Shown here: piece after piece, positions 1 to 11,308 of the stretch
Numbering within the stretch: position 1 is the first letter of the stretch
How the letters are laid out: every line of letters begins with the position of its first letter
Source of the DNA: an uncultured Alphaproteobacteria bacterium
Lineage (GTDB): Bacteria > Pseudomonadota > Alphaproteobacteria > ATCC43930 > CGMCC-115725
Direction of reading: 5' to 3'
Length of the DNA stretch: 64,000 bases
NCBI GenBank assembly: GCA_963698995.1
Contig: CAVOTD010000081.1
Coordinates: 18,583-82,582, forward strand
The notes under the pieces: generated by a model
Seen by the model: the letters and a program-made list of their open reading frames with translations, nothing else
Told to the model about the DNA's origin: nothing
Databases searched by the model: none
Position numbers and translations under genes: made by a program

Positions 1-847
1 GCGCGCCCTCCGCCGTCGCAACGTTGCCGGCGATGACCTGAGTATAGTTCGTCAGGCGGCGGATATCGCTCAAGGTCTGCAGCACCCGCTCGGAATGGCC
101 GTGCGCGGTGTCGACCACCAAAACGTCGAGACCGGCAGCAAACAACGCCTCCGCGCGCTCGATGCCTTCGGCGCCGGTGCCGGTCGCCGCAGCGACGCGC
201 AGGCGGCCGTGCTCGTCCTTGCATGCCATCGGATGACGCTGCGCCTTCTCGATGTCTTTGACGGTGATCAAGCCGATGCAGCGATAGGCCTCGTCGACCA
301 CCAGCAGCTTTTCAATGCGGTACTGGTGGAGGAGGCGCTTTGCTTCCTCGCGCGCGACGCTCTCGCGTACCGTGACCAGCTTGTCCCTGGTCATCAGCTC
401 GGCGACCGGCTGGCGCGGGTCGTCGGCGAATTGCACGTCGCGATTGGTGAGTATCCCGGCGAGCCGGCCGGAGCCGCGCTCGACGACCGGGATACCGGAG
501 ATCCGATGGTCGGCCATCAGCCGGAGCGCGTCCGCGAGGGTTTCATCGGGGTGGATGGTGACCGGGTTGACCACCATCCCGGCCTCGAACTTCTTGACCT
601 TGCGGACTTCGTCGGCCTGTTGACCAACTGCCATGTTGCGGTGAATGACGCCAATTCCGCCGGCCTGCGCCATTGCAATTGCGAGCGCACTTTCGGTTAC
701 CGTATCCATCGCGGCCGAGACCAACGGGATCCCAAGCTCGATCTCGCGGGTCAGCCGGGTGCGGGTATCGGTCTCACTGGGCATGATCGCGGATGCCGCC
801 GGTACCAGCATCACGTCGTCAAAGGTCAGAGCTTGCCGAATTTCCAT
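1..847 (-). CDS. guaB: IMP dehydrogenase, N-terminal ~282 codons (3' part lies beyond the window start)
   Basis: Own reverse translation from ATG (complement of 845-847): [60 protein letters not shown]. Absent from the ORF track because it runs off the edge. The + strand ORF 95..994 is its antisense shadow. Confidence 0.9.
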   Translation of the reverse strand, partial: MEIRQALTFDDVMLVPAASAIMPSETDTRTRLTREIELGIPLVSAAMDTVTESALAIAMAQAGGIGVIHRNMAVGQQADEVRKVKKFEAGMVVNPVTIHPDETLADALRLMADHRISGIPVVERGSGRLAGILTNRDVQFADDPRQPVAELMTRDKLVTVRESVAREEAKRLLHQYRIEKLLVVDEAYRCIGLITVKDIEKAQRHPMACKDEHGRLRVAAATGTGAEGIERAEALFAAGLDVLVVDTAHGHSERVLQTLSDIRRLTNYTQVIAGNVATAEGA

Positions 848-1027
848 CGGCGCCTCCTTTCCGATGGCGACGCACTATACACCAGGTCGCCGCCACAACA
901 AGAAATCGGCGCCGACCCGTCCGGGCGGGGCCATGGGACCAATGACTTGGTGATCCAGCCACTTCTCTGCCAGACAGCGTGGCGTTTAGAATGACGGTCG
1001 AGAACCGCGCTTCGCGAGAACAACAGA

Positions 1028-2053
1028 ATGCGCATACGAGGGAGAACAACAGCTGCGGCCATCGCGCTGATCGCAGCTTTTGGTGCGGCAGCCTTGGCTA
1101 AGGCCGAGCCGTTGACGATACGCGTCGGCTGGGTCGTAACACCGGGTCACATGGCGCCGTTGATCGAAGCGCTGGGCAAGCGCGAGCCCGCCGTGTTCAA
1201 GCACCTCGGCCACAGTTACGTCATGCAAGCGTTGCGCTTCAACGGCACTACGCCGCAAATTCAAGCCCAGGCGATCGGCGATCTTGAGGTGGCCTCGTTC
1301 TCGACGAGCGCGCTGGCGCTCGCTATTACCAACGCCCATCTCGATGAGCGGCTCGTGGCGGACGTCGTCGGGGATGGCCATCCCGGCTATTTCAGCGAGA
1401 ACTTCGTCGTCCTGAAGGATGGACCGATCCACACGGTCGAAGATGTAAAGGGCCGCCGTGTCGCCACTAACGTGATCGGCTCGGCGAGTGACACAGCCAT
1501 GCGGACGATGTTCCGCAAGCACGGCATCAAGGACAACGATTTCACGACAGTCGAGGCGAATTTCGCCAATATGCCGCCGATGCTCGATGCTGAGAAGGTC
1601 GATCTTATCGGCACCTTGCCGCAATTTGCCCAGGAGCTCAAAGACGCTGGAAAATATCGGGTGCTGTTCACCGCGCGCGACGCCGTTGGACCTACGCAAG
1701 CAGTGGTGTGGGCAATCCGCAGCGATGTCATTGCCGCCCACCGACCGGCCCTCATCGACTTTATCGAAGACCACATTCGCGCCCTCCGCTGGTTCCTCGA
1801 TCCGATGAACCGCGAAGAGGCGCTTGCCATCCTCGCTGACGTGACGAAGCTGCCAAAGGAGAATTTGGCCTTTGCCTTCACGAAGGATGACTTCTATCAC
1901 TCTCCGGATGCCCGCCCCGACGTCGCCTCGGTTCAGAAGGAGATTGATGCAAGCGCGGAGATGGGCGTCATACCGAAGCGTATCGAGATCAGTCCGAAAT
2001 ACGTCGATTTGTCGCTGATCGAGGAAGCCAAGCGGCGCATCGACGGCGACTAG
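1028..2053 (+). CDS. ABC transporter substrate-binding protein, NitT/TauT (aliphatic sulfonate/nitrate/taurine-like) family
   Basis: 341 aa with signal peptide ([18 protein letters not shown]). Followed by a cognate ATPase and two permeases. Confidence 0.75.
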   Translation: MRIRGRTTAAAIALIAAFGAAALAKAEPLTIRVGWVVTPGHMAPLIEALGKREPAVFKHLGHSYVMQALRFNGTTPQIQAQAIGDLEVASFSTSALALAITNAHLDERLVADVVGDGHPGYFSENFVVLKDGPIHTVEDVKGRRVATNVIGSASDTAMRTMFRKHGIKDNDFTTVEANFANMPPMLDAEKVDLIGTLPQFAQELKDAGKYRVLFTARDAVGPTQAVVWAIRSDVIAAHRPALIDFIEDHIRALRWFLDPMNREEALAILADVTKLPKENLAFAFTKDDFYHSPDARPDVASVQKEIDASAEMGVIPKRIEISPKYVDLSLIEEAKRRIDGD

Positions 2054-2078
2054 GCTACGAGGGTCGGAAGAACAGGTC

Positions 2079-2873
2079 GTGCAGGCAGCCGCGCAGATCG
2101 TTATTGACCGGGTCAGCCATGTCTACCGGCCGACGCGCGGCCGCGTGGTGACGGCGCTCGACAACGTCTCGCTCGAAATCGGCGACCGCGAGTTCGTCGC
2201 GCTGCTCGGTCCGAGCGGTTGCGGCAAGAGCACCCTCCTTTATCTGGTCGGCGGCTTCCTCCCGGTCGAGCAAGGTACGATCCGCGTCGAAAACAAGCCG
2301 ATCGCCGGTCCTGGCCCCGATCGCGGCATTGTCTTCCAGCATTTCGCCCTGTTTCCTTGGAAGACAGTGATTCAGAACGTGCTTTACGGTCTCGAGAAGC
2401 AGAGCCTGGCGCGTGACGAGCGCCTGCGGCGAGCCCGTGAGTTTATCGAGCTCGTCGGTCTCGCCGGTTTCGAGGACAGCTACCCTTCGCAGTTGTCCGG
2501 AGGCATGAAGCAGCGCGCGGCGATCGCCCGGACATTGGCGATCGATCCACGGATATTGCTGATGGACGAGCCGTTCGGCGCACTCGATGCTCAGACCCGC
2601 AACCTGATGCAGACCGAACTCCTGCGCATCTGGCAGCGCTCGCGCAAGACCGTGGTCTTCGTCACGCATGATGTTCAGGAAGCGGTATTGCTGGCCGAGC
2701 GCATCGCGGTCATGTCGGCCCGGCCGGGGCACATCAAGGAAATCGTCGAGACCCGCTTCGACAAAAGCGACCCCGGGCTCTCCCGTAGTGTAGCCTTTGT
2801 CGAAATGGTGGACCACGTGTGGAACCTGGTGCGCGGTGAAGCGATCCTCGCCGAGCGTGGTGGCACGGCATGA
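2079..2873 (+). CDS. ABC transporter ATP-binding protein (NitT/TauT type)
   Basis: Walker [10 protein letters not shown], signature [16 protein letters not shown], Walker [15 protein letters not shown] start. Confidence 0.9.
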   Translation: MQAAAQIVIDRVSHVYRPTRGRVVTALDNVSLEIGDREFVALLGPSGCGKSTLLYLVGGFLPVEQGTIRVENKPIAGPGPDRGIVFQHFALFPWKTVIQNVLYGLEKQSLARDERLRRAREFIELVGLAGFEDSYPSQLSGGMKQRAAIARTLAIDPRILLMDEPFGALDAQTRNLMQTELLRIWQRSRKTVVFVTHDVQEAVLLAERIAVMSARPGHIKEIVETRFDKSDPGLSRSVAFVEMVDHVWNLVRGEAILAERGGTA

Positions 2874-2953
2874 TTCCCGCCGCCCGACGCATGAGGCGTT
2901 GTCTGATAGTCATTCCTGGGAAAGCGGCGGCCGCTTTCGATCCCTTACCCTGG

Positions 2954-2973
2954 ACTCCCGCCTTCGCGGGAGT
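2954..2973. repeat. REP-like perfect hairpin (8-bp stem ACTCCCGC / GCGGGAGT, loop CTTC) between ATPase and permease genes
   Basis: Read directly. A related imperfect copy (cccccgcgaaagcg..gcgggaatgac) lies at about 35100-35135. Confidence 0.6.
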
Positions 2974-2982
2974 GACGAATAA

Positions 2983-3741
2983 GTGCAGGATGAGAGCATG
3001 ACCGGGGTCATGCCACGATATGCGCCGCTTCTGCTTCTTGCGATCGCGTGGGAGGCGGTGTCGCGCCTGGGCGTCGTCTCGCCCTCCGCATTGCCGCCGC
3101 TCGACAAGGTCGCGACTGCGTGGTTCGGCCTCGCCACGAGCGGCGATCTTTGGACCAACGGCGTCGCCTCGATCTCGCGCGGCGCCGCCGGGCTCGGCCT
3201 CGCGATCGCCTTCGGCAGCCTGATCGGCGTGCTGATGGCCTGGTATCTCCCGGTTCGAACCGTTGTCAATCCGATCGTCCAGTTCTTTTACCCGATGCCG
3301 AAATCGGCGCTGATCCCCGTGATGGTGCTGTGGCTCGGCTTTGGCGACGCCTCGAAAATAGTGCTGATCTTTGTCGGCTGTATGCTGCCGGTCACGCTCA
3401 GCGCCTTTAATGGCGCACGCGGCACCGAACAGGTCCTGATCTGGTCGGCCCGCAGCATGGGCGCGAGCCGCGCGCGGGTACTGTGGGAAGTGGTTTTGCC
3501 GAGCGCGCTGCCGGAGCTGATGAGCGGTATCCGCACCGCGCTCGCCTTTGCATTTGTACTGCTGGTCGCCTCCGAACTGATTGTTGCCCGGCAGGGGTTC
3601 GGCTACATGATCGGCTGGCTCGGTGACGGTGGCGTCTACGATGCGATGTTCGCGGTGGTTTTGACGGTGGCGCTATTGGGCTTTGCCGCCGACCGCGGCT
3701 ATCTGATGCTGATGCGGCGGGTCCTCGCATGGCGCGAATAG
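2983..3741 (+). CDS. ABC transporter permease
   Basis: 252 aa, multiple hydrophobic helices, BPD_transp_1-like loop (SARSMGASRARVLWEVVLPSALPE). Confidence 0.85.
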   Translation: MQDESMTGVMPRYAPLLLLAIAWEAVSRLGVVSPSALPPLDKVATAWFGLATSGDLWTNGVASISRGAAGLGLAIAFGSLIGVLMAWYLPVRTVVNPIVQFFYPMPKSALIPVMVLWLGFGDASKIVLIFVGCMLPVTLSAFNGARGTEQVLIWSARSMGASRARVLWEVVLPSALPELMSGIRTALAFAFVLLVASELIVARQGFGYMIGWLGDGGVYDAMFAVVLTVALLGFAADRGYLMLMRRVLAWRE

Positions 3742-4577
3742 ACAGCACGGACAGCTTGGTACTGCCGCGCCCGGCATCGACCGGGCTGCGCTTGGACCTG
3801 CTCGACGCCGCGATCCCGCGCCTCGCCGGCCTGCTGCCGCTGATCGCCCTGATCTTGGCCTGGGAAGCCCTGTCGCGCAGCGGCGTGGTCAGCACTTTTC
3901 TGCTGCCGCCGCTGTCGGCGGTGCTGGCGCGCGTTTGGGATGATGCAATATCGGGTGAGCTGACGATCAATCTCGGGATGACGCTCTACCGCGCATTGGC
4001 CGGGTTCGCCATAGCCGCTGTCGGCGGTGTGGCACTCGGCATCCTGATGGCGCGCAATAGATTTTTCCGCTGGTTTTTCGATCCGATCGTCTCGGTTGGA
4101 TTTCCGATGCCGAAGATCGCCTTCCTGCCGATTTTTATGCTGTGGCTCGGCCTCTATGACGTCTCGAAGATCTCGATGGCGGCGTTCAATGCCATCTTTC
4201 CGGTCATCGTCGCAACCATTGCGGCGGCCGAGGGCGTCGACCGGCAGCTCTTGTGGTCGGCGCGCAGCCTCGGCGCCAGCGAGCGGCAGCTGTTGCGGGA
4301 GATCATCCTGCCGGCGGCGCTGCCGCAGATCATGACCGGCCTGCAAGTCGCGCTGCCCGTCTCGATGATCGTCACGATCGTCACCGAGATGCTGATGGGC
4401 GGTCAGGGGCTGGGCGGTGCAATGATCAGCGCGTCACGCTTCGCCGACTCGCCCGGCGTTTTCGCCGGCATCGTCGAGATTGCGGTCGCGGGGTTTTGTA
4501 TCGTCAGAGGCATCGCCGCACTGCGCCGGCATCTGCTGATCTGGCACCAGGAAGCGCAGGAGCCGACGACCGTTTAG
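3729..4577 (+). CDS. ABC transporter permease (second subunit)
   Basis: 282 aa. Motif SARSLGASERQLLREIILPAALPQ. Overlaps the upstream permease by 13 nt. Confidence 0.85.
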   Translation: MARIDSTDSLVLPRPASTGLRLDLLDAAIPRLAGLLPLIALILAWEALSRSGVVSTFLLPPLSAVLARVWDDAISGELTINLGMTLYRALAGFAIAAVGGVALGILMARNRFFRWFFDPIVSVGFPMPKIAFLPIFMLWLGLYDVSKISMAAFNAIFPVIVATIAAAEGVDRQLLWSARSLGASERQLLREIILPAALPQIMTGLQVALPVSMIVTIVTEMLMGGQGLGGAMISASRFADSPGVFAGIVEIAVAGFCIVRGIAALRRHLLIWHQEAQEPTTV

Positions 4578-4583
4578 CGAGCC

Positions 4584-5615
4584 TCAGTGATTGGCCGCTG
4601 CGCCAAGGCGCTGGGCAGCCTCCTTGGCAATGTCGAGGTCAGTGTAGTTTTTCACGTCGAGCGGGGATCTCAGAAAGCCGAGCTTGTGCTGCAGATCGAC
4701 ATTCGCCTGCAGCGCCTCGAGATTTGGAAGCGCGTCGGGGTCACGGTAATAGTCTTTTTTGGTAAAGACCCAGCCCTCGTAAAGCTCAGGCTTCTGCTTT
4801 GTCGCCTCTACGATGATCGCCACTGCCTCCTGGTGATTGGCGGGGTCCGAGAGATAGCGAAGGGCGTGGAGGTAATCCTCCATGAAATCCACCATCTCGG
4901 GGCGGTGCTTTTGCAGAAAGCCGTCGCGCGCGACACGGATGATCATTTGCGAGCGGCCCATTGCCTCGTCCTGGGTGAACAGCGGGCGCGAGAGAGCCAG
5001 TAATTCGGGATCCAGGCCAAAAGGTAAAACCGCAGTGATCAAATCGACCTTGCCCTCCTTCAGCATCGCCTTCTGATCCGGGAAGCGGACTTCGATGATC
5101 GTGACGTCGCGCTTGTCCTGCATATGATGTTTTGCCAGCATCGCGCGTAATGCCATGTCGATCGCGCTGCCGGTCTGGTTCGACGCCAGGACCTTGCCCA
5201 TTAGCTCTTCGACGGTATGGATCGCGCTGTCCTTGCGCACGACGAATGCGTTGGTATGGTACCCGGGCACCCCATCCTGAAATTCGTCGCCGATGATGCG
5301 CAAATCGGCCATCCCGGCGTTTTCGATCCCCAGCGCAAAGGTCGAGTAGGCAAGCGCGGCGCAATCGAGATCACCGGTCGCGAGCGCCGTCATCTCGGCC
5401 GGAGTGCCGGCGAAATGCGTCAGCTCGGGGATGTAGCTCTTGCCTGCATGCGGCGCCAGGCCCGGCTTGACGAACATCAACGTGACCAGATCCGCCGGCG
5501 TCACCACCCAACCGATGCGGAGATGATAGGGTTCGGCCGCGCGAGTTGCCCCGACTGCGTTGAGCGTCAGGGCAAATGCCACGGCGACGAGGGCCAGAAG
5601 GCGGTGCTTCATCAC
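4584..5615 (-). CDS. ABC transporter substrate-binding protein (NitT/TauT family paralogue)
   Basis: 343 aa with signal peptide (LLALVAVAFALTLNAVGATRA). Shares the pattern LRIGWVVTPADL with ORF 1028..2053. Confidence 0.75.
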   Translation of the reverse strand: MMKHRLLALVAVAFALTLNAVGATRAAEPYHLRIGWVVTPADLVTLMFVKPGLAPHAGKSYIPELTHFAGTPAEMTALATGDLDCAALAYSTFALGIENAGMADLRIIGDEFQDGVPGYHTNAFVVRKDSAIHTVEELMGKVLASNQTGSAIDMALRAMLAKHHMQDKRDVTIIEVRFPDQKAMLKEGKVDLITAVLPFGLDPELLALSRPLFTQDEAMGRSQMIIRVARDGFLQKHRPEMVDFMEDYLHALRYLSDPANHQEAVAIIVEATKQKPELYEGWVFTKKDYYRDPDALPNLEALQANVDLQHKLGFLRSPLDVKNYTDLDIAKEAAQRLGAAANH

Positions 5616-6613
5616 ACAGCGGCGCCCAATTTAAGCGGTGCCTGGGACATTTCGCTGTCGAAGAGATGACAAGCGACGAGACGGCCTTCCACATCGGTGA
5701 GCTGCGGCTCCTGCTGCGCGCAGCGCTCCATCGCATGCGGGCAGCGCGGGTGAAAGCGGCAGCCGGAAGGCGGATTAAGCGGGCTCGGCACCTCGCCGGG
5801 CAGGATAATTTCGTCGCGGCGCTCGTCGGGATGGCTCGGTAGCGCGGCCGAGAACAGCGCCTCTGTGTATGGATGCTTCGGCGCGCGGGCCAAGGTCCGG
5901 GCTTCGCCGCTCTCGACGATCTTGCCGAGATACATGACCACTATCAAGTGGCTCATATGTGCGACCGCAGCGAGGTCGTGCGCGATGAAGAGGTAGGACA
6001 GCCCCAGCTCAGCCTGCAGGTCGCGCAGCAGGTTCAAGATCTGCGCTCGGATCGACACGTCGAGGGCGGAAACCGGCTCGTCGAGCACGACGAGCTTGGG
6101 TGACAGCGCGAGGGCTCGCGCGATCGCGATGCGCTGCCGCTGCCCGCCGGAAAATTCGTGGGGAAAAAGGTCTGCCGATCGGGCGGGGAGCCCGACCAGA
6201 TCGAGCAGCTTAAGGACACGCCGGCGGACCTCGCTCGCCGTAACGGATTCGTTGGTGACAAGCGGCTCGGCGATAATCGCGCTGATCCGCATACGCGGGT
6301 TGAGCGAGGCGTAGGGATCCTGGAAGACCGCCTGGACCGATTTCCGGTAATTCCGGCGCCCGGCGGCATCCAGCTCCTGGAGATCCCGTCCCTCGAAACG
6401 CATGATGCCGCCGGTCGGCTCCTCGAGACCGAGCACAAGCTTTGCCGTCGTGGTCTTGCCGCAGCCGGATTCGCCGACGACCCCGAGCGTTCGCCCGGCC
6501 TCGATCGTGAACGAGATCCCGTCGACCGCACGCACGAGCCCCCGATCGGCGCCGAAAACTCCGCGTTTGGCTCGAAAATGCTTGGTGAGTCCCGCGGCCT
6601 CGACGACCGCCAT
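5612..6613 (-). CDS. Peptide/nickel (Dpp/Opp-type) ABC transporter ATP-binding protein, F-like subunit
   Basis: Walker [26 protein letters not shown]-terminal oligopeptide-type extension ([14 protein letters not shown]). Confidence 0.9.
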   Translation of the reverse strand: MAVVEAAGLTKHFRAKRGVFGADRGLVRAVDGISFTIEAGRTLGVVGESGCGKTTTAKLVLGLEEPTGGIMRFEGRDLQELDAAGRRNYRKSVQAVFQDPYASLNPRMRISAIIAEPLVTNESVTASEVRRRVLKLLDLVGLPARSADLFPHEFSGGQRQRIAIARALALSPKLVVLDEPVSALDVSIRAQILNLLRDLQAELGLSYLFIAHDLAAVAHMSHLIVVMYLGKIVESGEARTLARAPKHPYTEALFSAALPSHPDERRDEIILPGEVPSPLNPPSGCRFHPRCPHAMERCAQQEPQLTDVEGRLVACHLFDSEMSQAPLKLGAAV

Positions 6614-7635
6614 CAGAGCGCTCCGCTCCCCACCCTAAGCGGGGCTGGATTGTCGCGAGAAGCGTGAGCGAGCCAGCAGCGTGCGGTGCCTCCTGAAACC
6701 GGCTTGAATTCCGGCGGCGCCTGCGCGCGGCACCGCTCGAAGACCTGCGGGCATCGTGGAGCAAAAGAGCACCCCGGCGGTAATGCCGAGAGATCCGGCG
6801 GTTGCCCTTCGATCGCGGTCAGCCGATGGCGGTTATCGCTCATCCGGGGGATCGAGTTGAGCAGGGCCTCGGTGTAGGGATGTGTCGGGGCGTTGAAGAC
6901 CTGCGATACGGGCCCCGACTCGACGACCCGGCCGGCATACATTACTGCGAGCTGATCGCACATCTTGGCGACAATACCGAGATTGTGGGTGATGAATATG
7001 AGAGCGAGGCCATGCTCGCGCTGCAGGTCGCGCAGCAGAGCGAGATACTGTGCCTGAATCGTCAGGTCGAGGCTGGTGGTCGGCTCGTCGGCGATCAAGA
7101 GGCGCGGCTCGCACGATATTCCGATGGCGCCGACGATGCGCTGGCGCATCCCGCCCGACATTTCGTGGGGATATTGCGTAACCCGCGTCTCCGGCGACGG
7201 GATGCGCACGGACTTCAGAAGCTCCTTCGCCCGGCTCCATGCGCTGCCGCGCGAAGCGCCCTCGTGCACCCGGATCGGTTCGGCAACCTGATCGCCGATC
7301 GTGAACAGCGGGTTCAGCGAAGCCATCGGGTCCTGCAGGATCATCGCGATGCGCTTGCCGCGCACCCGCCGCATCTCCTCGTCGGATTTCAGCAGGAGGT
7401 CTTCGCCCTCGAACAGCATCTGCCCGCTGACGATCTGGGCGGCCATCGGTAGGATGCGCAAGATCGTCAGAGCCAGCGTGCTCTTGCCGGAGCCCGATTC
7501 CCCTACTATGCCGAGGGTCTCCCCGGCGTTGAGGCGCAGCGACACCTCGTCGACCGCGCGCACGACCCTGGTGCCTTGGGCTGAGACATAGTGGGTCGAG
7601 AGGTTCTTCAGCTCGAGCAACGGGCGAGTACTCAT
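6613..7635 (-). CDS. Peptide/nickel ABC transporter ATP-binding protein, D-like subunit
   Basis: [38 protein letters not shown] prefer the internal start [12 protein letters not shown] (ATG complement 7633-7635) over the track start at 7677. Confidence 0.9.
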   Translation of the reverse strand: MSTRPLLELKNLSTHYVSAQGTRVVRAVDEVSLRLNAGETLGIVGESGSGKSTLALTILRILPMAAQIVSGQMLFEGEDLLLKSDEEMRRVRGKRIAMILQDPMASLNPLFTIGDQVAEPIRVHEGASRGSAWSRAKELLKSVRIPSPETRVTQYPHEMSGGMRQRIVGAIGISCEPRLLIADEPTTSLDLTIQAQYLALLRDLQREHGLALIFITHNLGIVAKMCDQLAVMYAGRVVESGPVSQVFNAPTHPYTEALLNSIPRMSDNRHRLTAIEGQPPDLSALPPGCSFAPRCPQVFERCRAQAPPEFKPVSGGTARCWLAHASRDNPAPLRVGSGAL

Positions 7636-7705
7636 CCAGGCACCAGATTGGGGGACGCTATCGGGCAAGGCTCGCAACCGCGCGGACCGCTACGGAGGAC
7701 GCGGT

Positions 7706-8605
7706 TCAGAGCTGGCGCAACTGGGGGTCGAGTTTGACACGCAGCCAGTCGCCGAGGATGTTGGCTGACAGCACCATCAGCATGATGCAGCAGCCGGGGA
7801 AGACGGTCAGCCACCAATAGCCGACCATCAGACCCTGCTTCCCGTCGGACAGCATCAGTCCCCAGGCGGGCTCGGGCGGCGGGACGCCGACGCCGAGGAA
7901 CGACAGCGACGCCTCGGCGATGATAACGACACCCAGCATCAAGGTGCCGAGCACGATGGCGGAGTTGATGATGTTGGGCAAAATATGGCGCCACATGATC
8001 GTCCATTTGGAGCAGCCGGCAACGATCGCAAGGCGGACAAACTCCCGCTCCTTGAGCGAAAGCACCTCGCCGCGGATGACGCGCGCGTAGCGGGTCCAAT
8101 AGGTAATCCCGAGGATGATGACGATGTTCCACATGCTCGGCCCGACGATGGCGGCGAGGAAGATCGCGAAGGTCAGCGCCGGCAAGGCGAGCCAAGTATC
8201 GGTGATCCGCATCACTATCTGGTCCACCCAGCCGCCGAGATAACCCGAAATGATGCCGAGCGCGGTGCCGAGAACCCCTGCGAAAAGTACCGCGGTAAAC
8301 CCGACCACCATTGACACTCGGGCGCCGAAGATTAGCCGAGACAGCACGTCGCGGCCGAGCTGGTCGGTGCCGAGGAGATACCGGGCGCTGCCGCCGGTCT
8401 GCCAGAAGGGAGGTTTGAAGCGCGCCGTCAGGCTGCCGATCTCGGGGTTATGGGGCGCCAGCACATTGGCAAAAATCGCCACCAGGGCAATAGCGAGGAA
8501 GATCAGGCTAGGAACGAGCGGAAAGTCGCCCCGCCGAATGAAGGCAAAGCGCGCCGGACGCTCTACCGCAAAACTGACGGCATCGGCGGGGGAGGTGATA
8601 GTCAT
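7706..8605 (-). CDS. Peptide ABC transporter permease (DppC/OppC-like)
   Basis: 299 aa, polytopic, operon position. Confidence 0.85.
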   Translation of the reverse strand: MTITSPADAVSFAVERPARFAFIRRGDFPLVPSLIFLAIALVAIFANVLAPHNPEIGSLTARFKPPFWQTGGSARYLLGTDQLGRDVLSRLIFGARVSMVVGFTAVLFAGVLGTALGIISGYLGGWVDQIVMRITDTWLALPALTFAIFLAAIVGPSMWNIVIILGITYWTRYARVIRGEVLSLKEREFVRLAIVAGCSKWTIMWRHILPNIINSAIVLGTLMLGVVIIAEASLSFLGVGVPPPEPAWGLMLSDGKQGLMVGYWWLTVFPGCCIMLMVLSANILGDWLRVKLDPQLRQL

Positions 8606-8610
8606 AGCAG

Positions 8611-9537
8611 TCAGGTTCCCAAACGGATTCGGGGATCGATCACGGCGTAGAGAATGTCTACCATCAGGTTGACCAAGACGATCATCGCACCCCCCATCAG
8701 CACGACGCCCTGGACGATGGGAAAGTCGCGGAACGTGATGCCTTCATAAAGCAGGCGGCCGATACCGGGCCAGGCAAACACGGTTTCGACGACCACCGCC
8801 ACATTCACCATGATGACGAGATTGACCCCCGCCAAGGTGAGTACCGGGATCAGCGCGTTCTTGAAGGCGTGTTTGGCGATGACGAGGGATTCCGGCAAGC
8901 CCTTGATGCGGGCGAGCTTGACATATTCCGAGCCGAGCACTTCGAGCATCGAAGAGCGTGTAAGGCGCATATGAGCCGCGGCGAAATACCAGCCGAGCGC
9001 AAAGGCCGGCATGATCAGGTGCAGTGGAGTGCCGGCGCCCGATGACGGCAGCCACCGTAGATAGACCGAAAAGAACAGGATCATCACGAGCCCCACCCAG
9101 AAGGAGGGGAGCGAAAGACCAAGGAGCGCGAAAGTCTTCCCGGCGCTGTCCCAGAAACGGCCGACCCGCACCGCGGCGAGGATCCCGCTGGGGATGCCGA
9201 TCAACAGCGAGAAGCCCATCGCGACAACCGCCAGTATCAGCGAATTCGGCAGTCGCGACAGATACAGCCCCATGACCGGCGTGCGGTAATAGAACGACTG
9301 GCCGAGATCGCCATGAAAAAGGGCCGACATGAAGATGCCGTATTGTACCCAAAGCGGCCGATCGAGCCCGAATTGATGGTGAATGGCGGCGATGTCCGCC
9401 TCGCTGGCGCCGGGTTCCACCAGGAGCGCAGCCGGATCGCCGGTTACCCGCACGAAAAAGAAAATCGTCAACGACAGCAGAAACAGCGAAAGAAGGGAAT
9501 ACCCTATTCGCCTGCCGATATATTGCTTCATATGCAC
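8611..9537 (-). CDS. Peptide ABC transporter permease (DppB/OppB-like)
   Basis: 308 aa. N-terminus MKQYIGRRIGYSLLSLFLLSLTIFF is typical of DppB-type permeases. Confidence 0.85.
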   Translation of the reverse strand: MHMKQYIGRRIGYSLLSLFLLSLTIFFFVRVTGDPAALLVEPGASEADIAAIHHQFGLDRPLWVQYGIFMSALFHGDLGQSFYYRTPVMGLYLSRLPNSLILAVVAMGFSLLIGIPSGILAAVRVGRFWDSAGKTFALLGLSLPSFWVGLVMILFFSVYLRWLPSSGAGTPLHLIMPAFALGWYFAAAHMRLTRSSMLEVLGSEYVKLARIKGLPESLVIAKHAFKNALIPVLTLAGVNLVIMVNVAVVVETVFAWPGIGRLLYEGITFRDFPIVQGVVLMGGAMIVLVNLMVDILYAVIDPRIRLGT

Positions 9538-9577
9538 TCGGCCCTTGACCGCAGTCTGCTTGGGGTACCAACCCCGC

Positions 9578-11170
9578 CTAGGCTTTGATTGTGATGTCTT
9601 CGAAGGGAGCGGTATACGCGAAGCCGGGGATGAGTCCGAACGTCGACTCCCCGACCCGTGGCCCGACGCCGTTCAGGAAACCGAGCTGCCAAATCGGCGC
9701 ATAGATCGCCTTCTCGTAAACGAGCTGCTGCATCTTCTCGAGGATCGTCGCGCGCTTCTTGTGATCGAGCTCGTCGGCCTGCTGCGGGTAGAGTTCGTCG
9801 ATGTCGGGGTAGCTGCCGTATGAATAGGCGCCGCCCTTGACGACAAAGGAGGCAAGCCGGGTCGCGGCGTTGCCGAAGGCCCCGCTTGCCCCTTGGACTA
9901 TACCCTTAGTGTATTTCTTGTCCCCGTAGCCAGCAAAGAAGCCGGCGCGCTCGATCGGCTGCAGCTTGATGCGGATGCCCAGCTGCTGCAGGTTGTTGAC
10001 CGAGACTTCGGCCATGTTGGCGTACGAACTGTCACAGTACATGAAGCCGGCGTCGAAGCCGTTGGGATAGCCTGCCTCCGCCAGCAGTTTTTTAGCCATG
10101 GCCGGGTCGTAAACCGCAGCCGGCGGCTGCCAGTAGTAATCGAAAGTGTAGGGGACAATACTGTCGGTAATCTTGCAATAGCCGAGGAAAAGTGCCTGGC
10201 TCATTCCTTCGCGGTCGATCGCCATGTTGACCGCCCGCCTGACGCGCAGATCGTGCCACGGCGATTTCGGGTCCCATTGCTCGGGGAAATAGAGCCAGTT
10301 CGGCGCCTGCAATACGACGGGCTTGAGAGTGAGACCGGGAGTGTGCTGGAGTTGCTCGGCGAGTTCGCCGCGGATCGAGTAAGCGATGTCGACCTCGCCG
10401 CTGGTCAGGGCAGCGAGCCGCGTCGCCTCGTCCGGGATTACCTTCATCACCAGCCGCTTTACGTTGGGGGTCTTGCGCCAATATCCCTCGAACGCCTCAA
10501 GCACCAGCTCGACGCCCGGGGTGAACGAGACGAATTTGTAGGGACCGGCGCCTATCGGGGCGTTCTTGAAGCCGTCATCGCCGACCTGCTGAACATATTT
10601 TTTGGGCACGATCCAACCGGCGCCGCTGGCGCTGGAGTAGAAGGTTAGAAAGTCTGGCCACGGCTTTTTGAGCTTGAAGCGGACGTGCTGCTGATCGGGC
10701 GTCTCGATCGCCGCCACGTTTTCCTTCATCAGTTGGTGTGCCGCGCCGTGGTAGCGCTCGAACGAAAACTTCACGTCCTCCGCAGTGACCGGCTCGTCAT
10801 TGTGAAACTTGGCGCCTTTGCGCAGAACAAAATCATAAGTGAGCCCGTCCTCGGATGCCGACCACGACTCGGCCAAGCACGGCGCCTGCGGCTTACTCGG
10901 CATGGCCTTTACCATTGCGTCGTGCAGCGCATACAACACCATGTAGGGAGTAATGATCCCCTGGGTCTCGGCCGGGTCGAACCATGTCGGCGCCAACGAG
11001 ACGTGAATGCCCCAAGTCAGCTGGCTACTAGGTGCGGCCGCCAAGATCATCCCCGGAGCGCCGGCCACAAGCCCGAGAGCGGTCAGGGCGATAACCTCCC
11101 GACGTGTCAGACCAGTTTCGTTTGAGCCGGTGTTTCGTACGCCGCGGCTGCTGATAGACAAATCCATCAA
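9578..11170 (-). CDS. ABC transporter substrate-binding protein, family 5 (peptide/nickel), intact copy A
   Basis: 530 aa with Tat-like leader (TRREVIALTALGLVAGAP). First gene of the peptide ABC operon. Confidence 0.9.
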   Translation of the reverse strand: MMDLSISSRGVRNTGSNETGLTRREVIALTALGLVAGAPGMILAAAPSSQLTWGIHVSLAPTWFDPAETQGIITPYMVLYALHDAMVKAMPSKPQAPCLAESWSASEDGLTYDFVLRKGAKFHNDEPVTAEDVKFSFERYHGAAHQLMKENVAAIETPDQQHVRFKLKKPWPDFLTFYSSASGAGWIVPKKYVQQVGDDGFKNAPIGAGPYKFVSFTPGVELVLEAFEGYWRKTPNVKRLVMKVIPDEATRLAALTSGEVDIAYSIRGELAEQLQHTPGLTLKPVVLQAPNWLYFPEQWDPKSPWHDLRVRRAVNMAIDREGMSQALFLGYCKITDSIVPYTFDYYWQPPAAVYDPAMAKKLLAEAGYPNGFDAGFMYCDSSYANMAEVSVNNLQQLGIRIKLQPIERAGFFAGYGDKKYTKGIVQGASGAFGNAATRLASFVVKGGAYSYGSYPDIDELYPQQADELDHKKRATILEKMQQLVYEKAIYAPIWQLGFLNGVGPRVGESTFGLIPGFAYTAPFEDITIKA

Positions 11171-11308
11171 ATCTCCTCCAAATCACGGCTGCTTCCGGAG
11201 CCCTGCGTCGAACGTAGACCACCCTTCCGGAAAAGTCTCCAGTTTCTCGCGACGTGCGCCGGCAGGCAGTCGATGATCGGTCCGCAGCTAAGCGAGCCGA
11301 CGAAACGG

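Noticed and set aside
6613-7677. Long N-terminal extensions offered by the ORF track. The same applies to 14666.., 20591..21958, 26925..27566, 32590..33690, 41140.., 42225.., 52320.. and 57927...
   Set aside because: Internal starts with RBS-like sequences give N-termini matching the expected family starts. The extensions are Arg/Pro-rich or overlap upstream genes.
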